64,000 nucleotides of DNA from an uncultured Candidatus Binatia bacterium (GCA_965215605.1 OZ244070.1:1632001-1696000); one strand, 5' to 3'. Counted from the first letter of the stretch, positions 26,571 to 36,614 are shown. The notes: generated by a model not told the origin, from the letters alone. Program-made: numbers and translations.

Positions 26571-27662
26571 TAGCTCCACGGCGCGCCCTTGCGCCGACGA
26601 CGCCGCGATGGCGTCGATGAGCCGGTGCAAGTCCACGGCGGTGTTGAAATCGGGTTCGCAGCCGGTGCCGTTGCGGATGGCGCCGGCAAATCTCACGTAC
26701 ATTTCGCCGACGTTCCTGGGCTCCTTCTCCGGCGTTTCCGCCGGCGCGGTCACGTACTCGGCCGGCACCTCCAGCTCCTCGAGGCCGGACCCGCCGGCCT
26801 TGACTCCCTGAAGACGTACGGCCAGGAGTTGCGGGGTGTTGCCGGAGGAGGCCACCAGCGTGCCCTCCCGGCCGTAGATCTCCATGCGGTAGCCGGCCGC
26901 GCTCCAGGGTACGGCGGCCACGTAGACCGAGGCCACGGCACCGTTGGCCAACCGCCCGCTCACGAGCACGTTGTCCGGGGCGTCGACGTCGACGTAGCGC
27001 TGCGTGTCGGTCTCGAACCACTGGCGCGCCTGGGTGCTCACCACGGCGGAAACGGAGCTGAAATCGCCCACGATGAAGCGCAGCGCATCGATGGTATGAC
27101 CGCCCGGGATATTCAAGGTGCTGGCGCCCAAGGAACCGTCCCTCTGCCAAGTCCGGTCCGAGGGCCGTTCCAGCACGCCGCCCCGCGCCACGCTCACGTG
27201 GCACGCCATGACCTCGCCCACGTAGCCGTCCGCCACCAGGTCCCTGGCATACCGGATCGAGGGGTTCGCCCGGGCCTGCAAGCCAACCATGTGCCGGAGC
27301 CCCTTGGCCTCGGCGAGATCACGCATCGCCACGGCCTCCGCGCCGGTCTTTCCCAGAGGCCACTCCGTGAACACGTGCTTGCCGGCGTTGAGCGCGTCCA
27401 TCGTCACGTGATAGTGGTTCGGCACCACCAACACCACCGCCACCGCCTCGATATCGGGACAGGCCAGCAGTTCGCGGTAGTCATGGAACGCCATCCTTGC
27501 ACCGTACTTCTCAGCCGACGCCTCGGCGCTCTCCTTGCGCGTGGTGCACACCGCCGTCAACTCCACGTCGCGGCTTGCGACAATGGCGGGAAGGTGCGCC
27601 CTGGGACCCCATCCACGGGTAGGATTCGCGCCGATGACGCCCAACCTTATCTTTTCGGCCAT
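26568..27662 (-). CDS. Gfo/Idh/MocA family oxidoreductase
   Basis: IRLGVIGA Rossmann start, GKHVFTEWPL, GGHTIDAL. Confidence 0.9.
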   Translation of the reverse strand: MAEKIRLGVIGANPTRGWGPRAHLPAIVASRDVELTAVCTTRKESAEASAEKYGARMAFHDYRELLACPDIEAVAVVLVVPNHYHVTMDALNAGKHVFTEWPLGKTGAEAVAMRDLAEAKGLRHMVGLQARANPSIRYARDLVADGYVGEVMACHVSVARGGVLERPSDRTWQRDGSLGASTLNIPGGHTIDALRFIVGDFSSVSAVVSTQARQWFETDTQRYVDVDAPDNVLVSGRLANGAVASVYVAAVPWSAAGYRMEIYGREGTLVASSGNTPQLLAVRLQGVKAGGSGLEELEVPAEYVTAPAETPEKEPRNVGEMYVRFAGAIRNGTGCEPDFNTAVDLHRLIDAIAASSAQGRAVEL

Positions 27663-27725
27663 TATTTTCCTTTCAGCGTTAAAACAAGGAGTTATGAACT
27701 ATTACCATAGTCCAAGAACCGGCCC

Positions 27726-29768
27726 CTAAGGTTCCAGAAGGGGCCCCAGCCCCTCCCAGTCGGTCACCGGCGCCGCACAGGTGAAATTGCGGCAGACGTA
27801 GACCGTCGCCTTGCCGTCGATCTGCGATTTCCCCTCCAGCAGCGGGGAGATCTCGGCCAGGCGGGCATCCGGGCTGACCCACCGGAGCGTCTTGTTGGGC
27901 AGATAGCTGTCCTGTACCTGCCGCGCGATCACGTGCGCATCCGGGTCGTCCCTTCCCGCCACCATGACGATCTCCGCCGGCATCGAAAGATGGAAGTCCA
28001 GGGCCGCCAGCATGTGGGCCAGGCCGAACGGCTCCTTGGCCATGGCGTCATAGTGAAGACGCAGGGTCTTCTCCGCGCGCTCCACCAGATCCTGCTCTCC
28101 GGTGTAGTGGTGGAGCCGTAGCAACACCAGCGCCGCCACCGCGTTGCCCGACGGAATGGAGCTGTCGAACCCAGGCTTGGTGCGGCTGATGAGCTGCTCG
28201 TGGGACTTGCCCGTATAGAAGAACCCGCCGTTCTCTTCGTCCCAGAACTCCTCCACCATGGTCCGGGCCAGGGCCTTGGACCGGTCCAGCAACCCATCCT
28301 CGAAGGTCGCTTCGAACAGGTCCAGCAGCCCCGCGATGAGAAACGCATAGTCGTCGAGATAGCCCAACAGTTTGGCCTGCCCGTCTTTGTAGGTGTGGAG
28401 CAGCAGACCGTTTTCGAACATGCGGGTGAAGATGAAATCGACGGTCCTCGTACCCGCCTCCCGGATCCGCGCATCGCCGGTGATGGCATATCCCGCGGCA
28501 ACGCCCGACAGCATCAGACCGTTCCAGGACGTGATGACCTTTTCGTCCCGGAAGGGCTTGACCCGCTTCTCCCGCTCCGTGAAAAGACGCGCCCGGGACT
28601 CGGCCAGAACGGCCTCGATCTGCTGCTCGTCCTTGTTGAAATACCTGGCGGCCTGCTCGACGGTGAGGATGGGATGCAGGATGTTGTTTCCCTCGAAGTT
28701 GCCCAGGTCCGTGACGTCGTAGAACCGGCAGAAGATGTCACCGCGCTCCTTGCCGAGCACGTTGTGAACTTCCTCGGGCGTCCACACGAAGAACTTGCCT
28801 TCCTCGCCCTCGCTGTCCGCGTCCTGGGCGGAGTAGAACCCGCCCTCGGGCTGGATCATCTCCCGCAACACGTATTCCAGGGTCTCCTCGACGATGCGCT
28901 TGAAGAAGCCGTCCTTGGTGATCCGGTACGCCTCGGCGTAGACCTGCGCGAGCTGGCCGTTGTCGTAGAGCATCTTCTCGAAGTGGGGCACGAGCCACTT
29001 CTCATCCACGGAGTACCGGTGGAAGCCGCCGCCGAGTTGGTCGTACATCCCCCCCTCGGCGATTTTCCGGAGCGTCTCGGCGATCATCTCCAGGTACCGC
29101 CCGTTTCCCGACAGCCGGTACGACCGCAGGAAGAGGTTGTAGACCCCGGCGTTGGGGAACTTGGGCGCCCGGCCGAAGCCGCCGTGGGCGGCGTCGTAGG
29201 CCGGGGTCAGGCCTTCGGCCCCACGGGTGACGACCTCCACGGCCAACTCGTTGCCGGTCTCGCTCAGCACGCTCATGCGATCCAGCGCCGCCACGATCTG
29301 GTCGACGTTCTTGGCCACGTCCTGCGGCTTGTTCCGGTAGGCCTCCAGCACCGCCTGCAGCACCCGGGGGAAGCCCGGCATGCCCTGCCGGTCCTCGGGC
29401 GGGTAGTAGGTGCCGCCGAAGAACGGCTTGCCCTCGGGGGTGAGGAACACGGTCATGGGCCAGCCGCCCCTCCGGGTCAGCATCTGCACGGCGTTCATGT
29501 AGATCTCGTCCAGATCCGGACGCTCCTCCCGGTCCACCTTGATGCTCACGTAGTTCTCGTTCATCAGCGCGGCGATGGCCTCGTTCTCGAACGACTCGTG
29601 TTCCATCACGTGGCACCAGTGGCAGGCCGAGTAGCCGATGCTCAGGAGGATAGGCTTGTCCTCGGCCCGGGCCTTGGCAAAGGCATCCTCCCCCCAGGGA
29701 AACCAGTCCACCGGATTGCCGGCGTGCTGCAGCAGATACGGGCTTGTCTCGTTGGCCAGGCGGTTCAT
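27726..29768 (-). CDS. Thioredoxin-domain/six-hairpin protein (YyaL/SPATA20 family)
   Basis: [51 protein letters not shown]. Confidence 0.92.
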   Translation of the reverse strand: MNRLANETSPYLLQHAGNPVDWFPWGEDAFAKARAEDKPILLSIGYSACHWCHVMEHESFENEAIAALMNENYVSIKVDREERPDLDEIYMNAVQMLTRRGGWPMTVFLTPEGKPFFGGTYYPPEDRQGMPGFPRVLQAVLEAYRNKPQDVAKNVDQIVAALDRMSVLSETGNELAVEVVTRGAEGLTPAYDAAHGGFGRAPKFPNAGVYNLFLRSYRLSGNGRYLEMIAETLRKIAEGGMYDQLGGGFHRYSVDEKWLVPHFEKMLYDNGQLAQVYAEAYRITKDGFFKRIVEETLEYVLREMIQPEGGFYSAQDADSEGEEGKFFVWTPEEVHNVLGKERGDIFCRFYDVTDLGNFEGNNILHPILTVEQAARYFNKDEQQIEAVLAESRARLFTEREKRVKPFRDEKVITSWNGLMLSGVAAGYAITGDARIREAGTRTVDFIFTRMFENGLLLHTYKDGQAKLLGYLDDYAFLIAGLLDLFEATFEDGLLDRSKALARTMVEEFWDEENGGFFYTGKSHEQLISRTKPGFDSSIPSGNAVAALVLLRLHHYTGEQDLVERAEKTLRLHYDAMAKEPFGLAHMLAALDFHLSMPAEIVMVAGRDDPDAHVIARQVQDSYLPNKTLRWVSPDARLAEISPLLEGKSQIDGKATVYVCRNFTCAAPVTDWEGLGPLLEP

Positions 29769-29799
29769 CGACAGATTCTCCTGTTGCGCTGCTCCGAGT

Positions 29800-30162
29800 T
29801 CAGTATTTCCGGATCACGGCCACCACCACCCCCCGGATCTCCACGTCTTCCTCCGCGGCCACCGTGGGGACGAGCCGCTCGTCGGCGGGCTGCAGCAGCA
29901 CGCTCCCACCCTGGTGGTGGAGCCGCTTGACCGTGGCGTCGCCCCGGACCAAAGCCACCACCGTGTCGCCCTCCCGCGCCACGGGCGCCGCCTGGACCAG
30001 GATGACGTCGCCGTCGCCGATCTGCTCCCCGATCAGGGTTTCCCCCCGGACGCGCAGCGCGAATATGCCCGGGCTCCGCGCCAGATCCCTGGGCGCGCCG
30101 GGGATGTCTGCCACCTCCACCGGCTCGAAGACCTGTCCCTGCCGCCTCCCGACGGTCATCAA
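29800..30162 (-). CDS. LexA/S24 C-terminal-domain-only protein, catalytic Ser substituted
   Basis: [11 protein letters not shown]...IGDGDVILV...GDTVVALV...ATVKR...LLQPA...[10 protein letters not shown]; no N-terminal wHTH. Confidence 0.8.
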   Translation of the reverse strand: MMTVGRRQGQVFEPVEVADIPGAPRDLARSPGIFALRVRGETLIGEQIGDGDVILVQAAPVAREGDTVVALVRGDATVKRLHHQGGSVLLQPADERLVPTVAAEEDVEIRGVVVAVIRKY

Positions 30163-30168
30163 ACCAGC

Positions 30169-30474
30169 TTAGCAGCCCTGGGAATCCATGGCACCTTTGG
30201 CGGCGTCGACCATGCCCTGGGCCTTCACGGCGTTGGCGTCCCCGGCACCGTAGAACTTCCCGAGGTAGGCCGCCACCTTGCGCAACACCTCGTAATGGGC
30301 CTCGGCGCACGCGCTTCGGGCCTCCGCTGAAAGCTCGTCGAACTCCCGCTCGATATTGCCCAGCCAGCCCGGCAGATACTCGGTCTCGATGTCCGTGCCG
30401 GTATAGAGGTATCCCTCCAGAGAGCCCGCCCTGGCCGCCAGGCCGTAGACTCGCTTGACGTCGGATGCATCCAT
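30169..30474 (-). CDS. Hypothetical protein
   Basis: Strong SD (AGGGAGG) before the ATG, host-like codon usage, fits the gap between mltG and the S24 gene. Confidence 0.75.
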   Translation of the reverse strand: MDASDVKRVYGLAARAGSLEGYLYTGTDIETEYLPGWLGNIEREFDELSAEARSACAEAHYEVLRKVAAYLGKFYGAGDANAVKAQGMVDAAKGAMDSQGC

Positions 30475-30528
30475 GATCGCGTCCTCCCTTTCGTCGCCCG
30501 TCCGTGAGCGACTTTAACGCACCTGCGT

Positions 30529-31587
30529 TTACGGCGTCTCCGGGGGACGGTTCTTCTGATATTTCCTGACCGCCGCGTTGTGCTCCCGGAGGCTCTCGGA
30601 GAAGTAGTGGCTGCCGTCGTTCCTGGACACGAAATACAGGTAGTCGACTTCCGCCGGATGGAGCGCCGCCTTCAACGCGACCAGACCGGGGTTGGCGATG
30701 GGACCCGGGGGCAACCCCCGGATCCTGTAGGTGTTGTAGGGACCCGGGCTCCGGAGATCCCCGCGCGTCAGGTTGCCGTTGAAGTCTTCCAAGCCGTAGA
30801 TCACCGTCGGATCGCTCTGAAGCCGCATGCCCCGCTTCAAGCGGTTGTGGAACACCGCGGACACCAGCGGCATCTCCGCGCCCGGGCCGCCTTCCTTCTC
30901 GATGATGGACGCCAGCGTCACCAGTTGGTGGCGGGTCAGGCCCAGCTCCTTCGCCCGCGCTTCCAGTTCGGGGGTGAACCTGTCCCTGAACTCGGCGAAC
31001 ATCGTCCTGACGATCTCTTCTTCCATGGCCAGCGCGCGGAAGAAATAGGTGGTGGGGAAAAGATAGCCTTCCATGCTGCCCGCCCCCAGGGAGTCGAGAA
31101 GGGACGGATCGGCGATGGCCGCCGCGAACTTCTCCGGCGTCACCAGCCCCTTGCTCTCGAGCAACCGGCCGATCTGGCGCAGCGTGAAGCCCTCGGGAAT
31201 CGTGACCTTGTGGATGACGGTCCTGCCACGGACGAGTCCGTCGAGCACCGACCGGGGCGAGACGGCCCCCTCGAAGCGGTAGAGGCCGCGATGCACTCTG
31301 GTATCGAGTCCGCGCAACCGAGCCCACAACGCGAAGAGCCGGGGCTGCGAGACAACCCCTTTCTCACCGAGTTGGCGGGCCGCCGCCGCAAACGTGTCGC
31401 CGCGCCGAATCTCGATCTCCGCAACCGACGAATGGCCGTGGTAGGGGGTCAGGAGGAAGGCGGCCATGTACCCGAGGGCGGTGAGGGCGGCGAGCAGGAA
31501 CAAAGCGCCGGCAACCAGAAGGCCTCGACGACCGGAAAGCAGGGACTCGATCACCTTCAGTTGTCGGTTACGTTCACCTTCATCCAT
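30529..31587 (-). CDS. mltG: Endolytic transglycosylase MltG
   Basis: TM anchor, TIPEG, EGYLFPTTY, LASIIEKE, LQSDPT, YNTY..GLPPGPIANPG. Confidence 0.95.
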   Translation of the reverse strand: MDEGERNRQLKVIESLLSGRRGLLVAGALFLLAALTALGYMAAFLLTPYHGHSSVAEIEIRRGDTFAAAARQLGEKGVVSQPRLFALWARLRGLDTRVHRGLYRFEGAVSPRSVLDGLVRGRTVIHKVTIPEGFTLRQIGRLLESKGLVTPEKFAAAIADPSLLDSLGAGSMEGYLFPTTYFFRALAMEEEIVRTMFAEFRDRFTPELEARAKELGLTRHQLVTLASIIEKEGGPGAEMPLVSAVFHNRLKRGMRLQSDPTVIYGLEDFNGNLTRGDLRSPGPYNTYRIRGLPPGPIANPGLVALKAALHPAEVDYLYFVSRNDGSHYFSESLREHNAAVRKYQKNRPPETP

Positions 31588-32156
31588 CCTTCAATCTGCT
31601 TCAGAAAGCCTGCGAATGGATCCTTCTTGGGCGAATCCGCAAAGTAGGCCTTGTGCATGTAATCCAGCGCCCCGGACAGGTACTCGAACTTTTCCGAGAG
31701 TTCCTGGTAGAGCAGGAATCCGGTGCGGTAGAGGGACAGGTCCACCTCGGACACCTTCCAGTAGGATCGGCTGCCCTCCTGAAGGTAGTAGTCCAGGTAG
31801 CCTCCCCGCTCCACGTGGGACCTGAAGACCCCGCTCATGAACAACGTATAGTCTCCCAAGTACTTCCGCATCCGCCGCTCCTGCATGAGCGGGTTCTCAC
31901 CGGAAACCGTCGTTTCGTCCGCCGCCAGCATCTCCACCACGCTGTCGAGTCTCTGGTTCCTGCGGGAGCGGACGCGATACAGCCGGTCGCTGCGGGCGAA
32001 CTCCGTCAGGACGTCCGCCACGTAGCCCGTCACCTCCGCGTCCCGGATCCCCAGCTCGCCGAAGCATCGCTGCGTCAGATTGAGGAAGAACCCCTGCAAT
32101 CGATCTTTCGAAGTCATCTTTGTCATGGCATCACCCGTGGCCGGGTATGCCATCAA
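31557..32156 (-). CDS. Hypothetical protein
   Basis: Protein-like ORF overlapping the mltG start by 31 nt; true start may be the ATG at 32126 (MTKMTSK). Confidence 0.75.
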   Translation of the reverse strand: MMAYPATGDAMTKMTSKDRLQGFFLNLTQRCFGELGIRDAEVTGYVADVLTEFARSDRLYRVRSRRNQRLDSVVEMLAADETTVSGENPLMQERRMRKYLGDYTLFMSGVFRSHVERGGYLDYYLQEGSRSYWKVSEVDLSLYRTGFLLYQELSEKFEYLSGALDYMHKAYFADSPKKDPFAGFLKQIEGWMKVNVTDN

Positions 32157-32247
32157 GAAACGGCGGGGATGTCAAACTGAATTTCTTCGGGTTGACCCTG
32201 CCGTGCATGGCTCGTAACCTGCGGAGGTCCGGTTCGGTGGCGCGCGC

Positions 32248-33060
32248 ATGAAGATCCACAAGGCACTGACCATCGCCGGCTCCGATTCGGGAGCTGGCGC
32301 CGGCCTTCAGGCCGACCTCAAGACTTTCGCGGCGCTGGGAGTATACGGCACGTCGGTGGTCACGGCCATCACCGCCCAGAACACCATGGGCGTGACGCGG
32401 GTGCTGGAAACGCCGGCAGCCATGGTCGCCGCCCAGATCGACGCCGTCATGGACGACATCGGCGCCGACGCGGTGAAGACCGGCATGCTCGCCAATGCCC
32501 GCATCATCCGGACCGTGGCCGACAAGATCCGGCAGCACGGTGTCCAGCGCCTGGTGGTGGACCCGGTGATGGTGGCCAAGGGCGGCCACGCGCTGCTGCG
32601 CCCGGACGCCATCCGGACGTTGAAGAGCCGGCTGTTCCCGCTGGCCGCCGTGGTCACGCCGAACCTCCCGGAGGCACAGGCGCTGACGGGCGTGGAGGGG
32701 TCCGGGGTGCGCGCCATCAGGGAGATGGCCCGTCGCATCGTCGACATGGGCGCGGGAAGCGTCGTGGTGAAGGGGGGGCATCGGAGGGGCGCCGCTACCG
32801 ATGTATTCCATGACGGCACGGTGTTCCACGAGTTTCCGGCCGTGCGGATACGGACGAAGAACACCCACGGGACCGGATGCACTTATTCAGCCGCCCTGGC
32901 CTGCGCCCTGGCCCGGAACGAGTCCGTGGAAGCCGCGGTCGCCGAGGCCAAGGAGTTCATCACCCAAGCGATCCGGCTGGCATTCTCCATCGGCTCCGGG
33001 CACGGACCGGTGGATCACTTCCACCGTTACCGGGCTGCCGGCCGGACCCGCAGTTATTGA
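32248..33060 (+). CDS. thiD: Hydroxymethylpyrimidine/phosphomethylpyrimidine kinase
   Basis: LTIAGSDSGAGAGLQADLKT, VKTGML, VDPVMVAK, HGTGCT. Confidence 0.96.
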   Translation: MKIHKALTIAGSDSGAGAGLQADLKTFAALGVYGTSVVTAITAQNTMGVTRVLETPAAMVAAQIDAVMDDIGADAVKTGMLANARIIRTVADKIRQHGVQRLVVDPVMVAKGGHALLRPDAIRTLKSRLFPLAAVVTPNLPEAQALTGVEGSGVRAIREMARRIVDMGAGSVVVKGGHRRGAATDVFHDGTVFHEFPAVRIRTKNTHGTGCTYSAALACALARNESVEAAVAEAKEFITQAIRLAFSIGSGHGPVDHFHRYRAAGRTRSY

Positions 33061-33119
33061 AACGGGTGGCCTGCAACGGCCAAGTGGAGACCCATCTACT
33101 ATCACACCTTTGAATCACC

Positions 33120-33544
33120 CTCCTAGCGAGGCCGACATTGCCGAATTCATTCGCCGGCTCACCTTCAACACGCTGATCGGCAATGCCGACATGCACCTCA
33201 AGAACTGGTCCATGATCTATCCAGACCGACGCCGTGCGGCGCTCGCGCCGGCCTATGATCTGGTTTCGACGATACCGTACATCCCGGACCCAAAGGCCGC
33301 GCTTAACGTAAGCCGCACGAAGCGTTTTGATGAGTTCTCCGAGGACGAGTTGTCACATCTTGCCGCCAAGGCGCGCCTGCCGCGAAAGCCTGTCCTTGAT
33401 ACGGCGCGCGAGACCGTCGCACTCTTTCACCAGCACTGGAAAACGGCGAAGGCGGGCCTGCCGCTTGCCAGCGATGTCATCAAGGCCATCGAAAGACACC
33501 TGAAGACGATACCGATTGCCTGGTTCAACCGGGGGCGACCATAA
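33120..33544 (+). pseudogene. HipA-family kinase toxin, C-terminal fragment
   Basis: FNTLIGNADMHLKNWS...LAPAYDL motifs; N-terminal part absent (upstream frame runs into thiD); left boundary approximate. Confidence 0.85.
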
Positions 33545-33556
33545 ACCGGCCCTACA
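33531..33556. repeat. REP-like hairpin family B (degenerate GTAG-type)
   Basis: Minus strand tgtagggccggtttatggtcgccccc. Confidence 0.45.
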
Positions 33557-33560
33557 CCGA

Positions 33561-33653
33561 ATGGAGTCCCAAATGGATCAGGCACAGGCGAAAGCGGTCA
33601 AGCAGGAAGTGATCGCGATCCTCGATCGCCTCGACGCCGACGCATACATCTAA
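33561..33653 (+). pseudogene. Probable C-terminal remnant of an Xre/MbcA-type antitoxin
   Basis: ...EVIAILDRLDADAYI* ends 5 nt before the RES gene; resembles C-termini of DUF2384-type antitoxins (from memory). Confidence 0.45.
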
Positions 33654-33658
33654 CCGCG

Positions 33659-33991
33659 GTGCAAGGGAACAGACATCAGACCCGTCGCCGCATACGTGAT
33701 CGGCCGCTGCTCGACGCGTTGGAAGCCGTTGAACATTCTCCTCATTCGGGAACGGTGTGGCGGTCGGTCCGTGAGGGCCGCGATCCGCTTGCCTGCTGGC
33801 GGTCGGGCGGCCGCTGGGACGACGGGACGTTCGACGTGCAGTACACCTCGGAAACGCGCGAGACCGCCATCGCCGAGCGACGGTTTCATCTCTATCAGGG
33901 CCAACCCATTCCGCCTTCCAGGGTCCGATATGAACTATACGAACTCACCGTCTCTCTTGAGGCGGTCATCCGCTTCCCCGACCTAGCGTGA
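33659..33991 (+). pseudogene. RES-domain toxin, C-terminally truncated
   Basis: VWR...GGRWDDGTFDVQYTS...AIAE; stops at 110 aa before the region that should carry the conserved Ser. Confidence 0.75.
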
Positions 33992-33997
33992 CACACT

Positions 33998-34660
33998 CTA
34001 AGCGACCACCGGGTAGAAAGGTCGTCCCCAGTTTTCCAACGGGTTGTCCAACATTACATCGACGAATACGGGAATGAGAAGGGCGAGAATAGCGGTGCCG
34101 TCGTGTACCTGAGTCCGGTTGATACTGCTGCGCCAGGTGGCGCCCCCATGCACGAGTTGGTTGCGGAGAATAGAGAGTCGGTCGAAGACCATGTCCAGGA
34201 CAAATTCCGTGTCCTGCCGTGAGAGGGCTTGGTGGAACCGACGCTTGGCGGTGTCGAACCGATCCTTCCAATCTTCCGTGCCCTTGATCCCGTTATGGTA
34301 CTGCCAGAATGGCCCGAACACGTACTTGTTCTCCATGAGCAGCCGTACGGGACCGGAGAAGCTCTTCCAAATCGCCTCGTAGATCCGTTGACCCCTGTCG
34401 AGGGACACTGCCTTTTGAAAGAAGTCGACGCGGAACTTCTGTTCGGAAGACGTGGGCTGCCAAAACACCCTCTCGTCAGCGTAGGCAGCATTGAAGGCAA
34501 TCCAGAAGAAAATGAAGCGGGCGTCGTTATCCTCTGCTCGCTCCGCCCGTTCGATCCAACTGATCGATCTATGGACGCGAAGGCGCAACGAATTTGGAAC
34601 CTCAGCGCCGAATCCTTGTTCTTTGGCTTTGAGAACCTCGTGGTTCAGGGGAGGTTGCAT
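33998..34660 (-). CDS. HEPN domain-containing protein (putative RNase)
   Basis: FIFFWIAFNAAY and an RNQLVHG (Rx4H) motif; lower GC than flanking genes. Confidence 0.8.
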   Translation of the reverse strand: MQPPLNHEVLKAKEQGFGAEVPNSLRLRVHRSISWIERAERAEDNDARFIFFWIAFNAAYADERVFWQPTSSEQKFRVDFFQKAVSLDRGQRIYEAIWKSFSGPVRLLMENKYVFGPFWQYHNGIKGTEDWKDRFDTAKRRFHQALSRQDTEFVLDMVFDRLSILRNQLVHGGATWRSSINRTQVHDGTAILALLIPVFVDVMLDNPLENWGRPFYPVVA

Positions 34661-34749
34661 GTGGAGTTGACCTGAATCCGATATAGTCGCGGTCCTTCGC
34701 CCAACAATCAGTGGCCTTGGGGTATTGGCTTTGTAGGCGGCCGAGACAC

Positions 34750-34800
34750 GGGACTTCCATTTCTGCCGTCAGCATCCGCTCCGCCAACGCCTCCTCAAGC
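34750..34800 (-). mobile_element. Possible short IS256-family transposase remnant
   Basis: Reads LEEALAERMLTAEMEV, resembling the IS256 N-terminal motif LKKALAERxLxAEMxxHL; very short. Confidence 0.4.
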
Positions 34801-35229
34801 GCCCGCAGTCACCTTTTCCCTTTTGGAGATCCAGTTGCCAATCGCGTCAACTATTTCAGTTGTCACCCCCGGCGTGCCCTGGATATTGTGATTGAAGCCG
34901 AGGACTTTGACGGTTCTGTAGAGTTTGACGCCGCAGAGCGTGTCCACCATTCCCCAGTATGCATATCCTTTTCGAACATCCGAATTCCAACGCAGGGACC
35001 AATCTGACATTTCTTGTTCCTTCAGACGAAGGCCAGTGATCTTCTTGGTCTGGTCAACGACGGCCCGCCCGTTAAGGATCAGGATCCGAATCCGAGAATC
35101 CCGAATGAGGAGACCGAGGAATTCATCAGGCACGTTGTCAAATAACACCCGCTGTTGGCATCGCTTGAGATCCGTCCACTTCTTTGCGGTGGCGTATGGG
35201 ACCAAGTCAAGGTGGCACGCACAAACAAC
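34795..35229 (-). pseudogene. 5'-truncated gene of unknown function
   Basis: Frame VVCACHLDLVPYATAKKW... opens directly after the DUF429 stop with no RBS or start; lower GC. Confidence 0.55.
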
Positions 35230-35958
35230 TCAACTCCGGACGGCGATGATGTACCCTTCGGCGTGATCGCCGATGATCTCGCAGCGAGTCTCTCCCCAGG
35301 TTTGGAAATACAATGCCATGTAGGCGCACAGCACGGCATCCAGCCGGTCCTCCAGCGACTTGAGGGCCGAGCCGCGCAATGCCCGGGGGTCGTCATCAAG
35401 CAGGCGGGAGAGCTCGGGCGACGGCAGCAGGGGAGGGTCCTGGCGGCTCAGGTGGGTCCCGATGGCCGTCTGGAAATCGGCCATGCCGGTTTGCCGGACC
35501 GCCACGGGGCCTTTCTTGTACTTGATAATGCGGGGCCGCTCGAAGAACGCCACCTGAACCAGGTGGGGAAAGATCTCGAGCTGCCGGCGGCCGTCGCGGC
35601 CGGGCAGCAACGGGTTCGACGAGAACCCCCTTCGCCGGAGCTTGCGGCATAACCGGATCGGCCGTTCGCAACGGATCCGGTTGGCCGGGTAAGCCCCCGC
35701 GTGATACCGGCCGAACCGGGCCGAGACCGTCTTGTCCGCGGGCCGGGACGTCCCGGGCGGATTCTTCGCGATGATGGGGGCGTCGATGCCCAGCCAGACG
35801 TCGTCCCCGCCGCGGGCCTCCACCCACTCGAGAATTTCGGTGTCGGTGGTGCGCCGGGCCGAGCTCACGAGGCGGCAGCCGGCATCCCCGGACACCAGAT
35901 GGGCCAATCCGGTCGGATTGCGGTTGCCCCAGGCCAGATCGATGCCAATGAAGTTCAT
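35230..35958 (-). CDS. DUF429 family protein (predicted RNase H-fold nuclease)
   Basis: FIGIDLAWG, GIDAP, EIFPH, EDRLDAVLCAY. Confidence 0.85.
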   Translation of the reverse strand: MNFIGIDLAWGNRNPTGLAHLVSGDAGCRLVSSARRTTDTEILEWVEARGGDDVWLGIDAPIIAKNPPGTSRPADKTVSARFGRYHAGAYPANRIRCERPIRLCRKLRRRGFSSNPLLPGRDGRRQLEIFPHLVQVAFFERPRIIKYKKGPVAVRQTGMADFQTAIGTHLSRQDPPLLPSPELSRLLDDDPRALRGSALKSLEDRLDAVLCAYMALYFQTWGETRCEIIGDHAEGYIIAVRS

Positions 35959-36001
35959 GACCAGGAAGGGAAAAGGGTATCGGCCCTTCCGGACGGGCGG
36001 T

Positions 36002-36607
36002 TTATCCGCCCGAACCGCGCCTGCGCAACTCGAAGGTCGGCTCTTCGCCCGCCATCAGGCGGCGGATGTTCTCCCGGTGGCGGACCATCACGAGGATTCC
36101 GATGACGAGGCTCATCCAGACTGTTTCCACCGGATAGGACAACGCCCATGCCACAACGGGGGCTGCCACGCCCGCCGCCATGGAAGCCAGCGAAACCCGC
36201 CGGCCAACGAGCATCACCAGGACGAAGACCCCCAGCACGACCAGGAGGCCCGGAGCCATGGCGCCAAGGTAGACGCCGGCGGCGGTGGCCACGCCCTTGC
36301 CGCCCTTGAAGCCCAGGAATACCGGGTAGAGATGACCCGCGAACGCGGCCAGACCGGCCGCGGCCGCCGCCGCGGCGCCGAGGTCCAGCAGGTGGGCCGC
36401 CAGGACCGGCAGAAAGCCCTTGGCGACATCGGCGAAGAGGGTAACGAGGCCCTTCTTCCACCCCAGCGTCCGCGCCACGTTGGTGGCGCCGATGTTGCCG
36501 CTGCCGGCGCTGCGCACATCCACCCCCGCGGACGATCCCAACAGGAACCCGGCGGGAACCGATCCCAGGAGATAGGACAGTAGGGTCAGGATGATCGGAG
36601 CAGCCAT
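36002..36607 (-). CDS. plsY: Glycerol-3-phosphate acyltransferase PlsY
   Basis: YLLGSVP, GSGNIGATNVAR, GHLYPVFLGFKGGKGVAT, RHRENIRRL; start moved to ATG at 36607. Confidence 0.95.
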   Translation of the reverse strand: MAAPIILTLLSYLLGSVPAGFLLGSSAGVDVRSAGSGNIGATNVARTLGWKKGLVTLFADVAKGFLPVLAAHLLDLGAAAAAAAGLAAFAGHLYPVFLGFKGGKGVATAAGVYLGAMAPGLLVVLGVFVLVMLVGRRVSLASMAAGVAAPVVAWALSYPVETVWMSLVIGILVMVRHRENIRRLMAGEEPTFELRRRGSGG

Positions 36608-36614
36608 GGCGGAC

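Noticed and set aside
32801-33119. N-terminal part of the 247-aa ORF as part of HipA
   Set aside because: It is an alternative frame of thiD; HipA similarity begins only near 33120.
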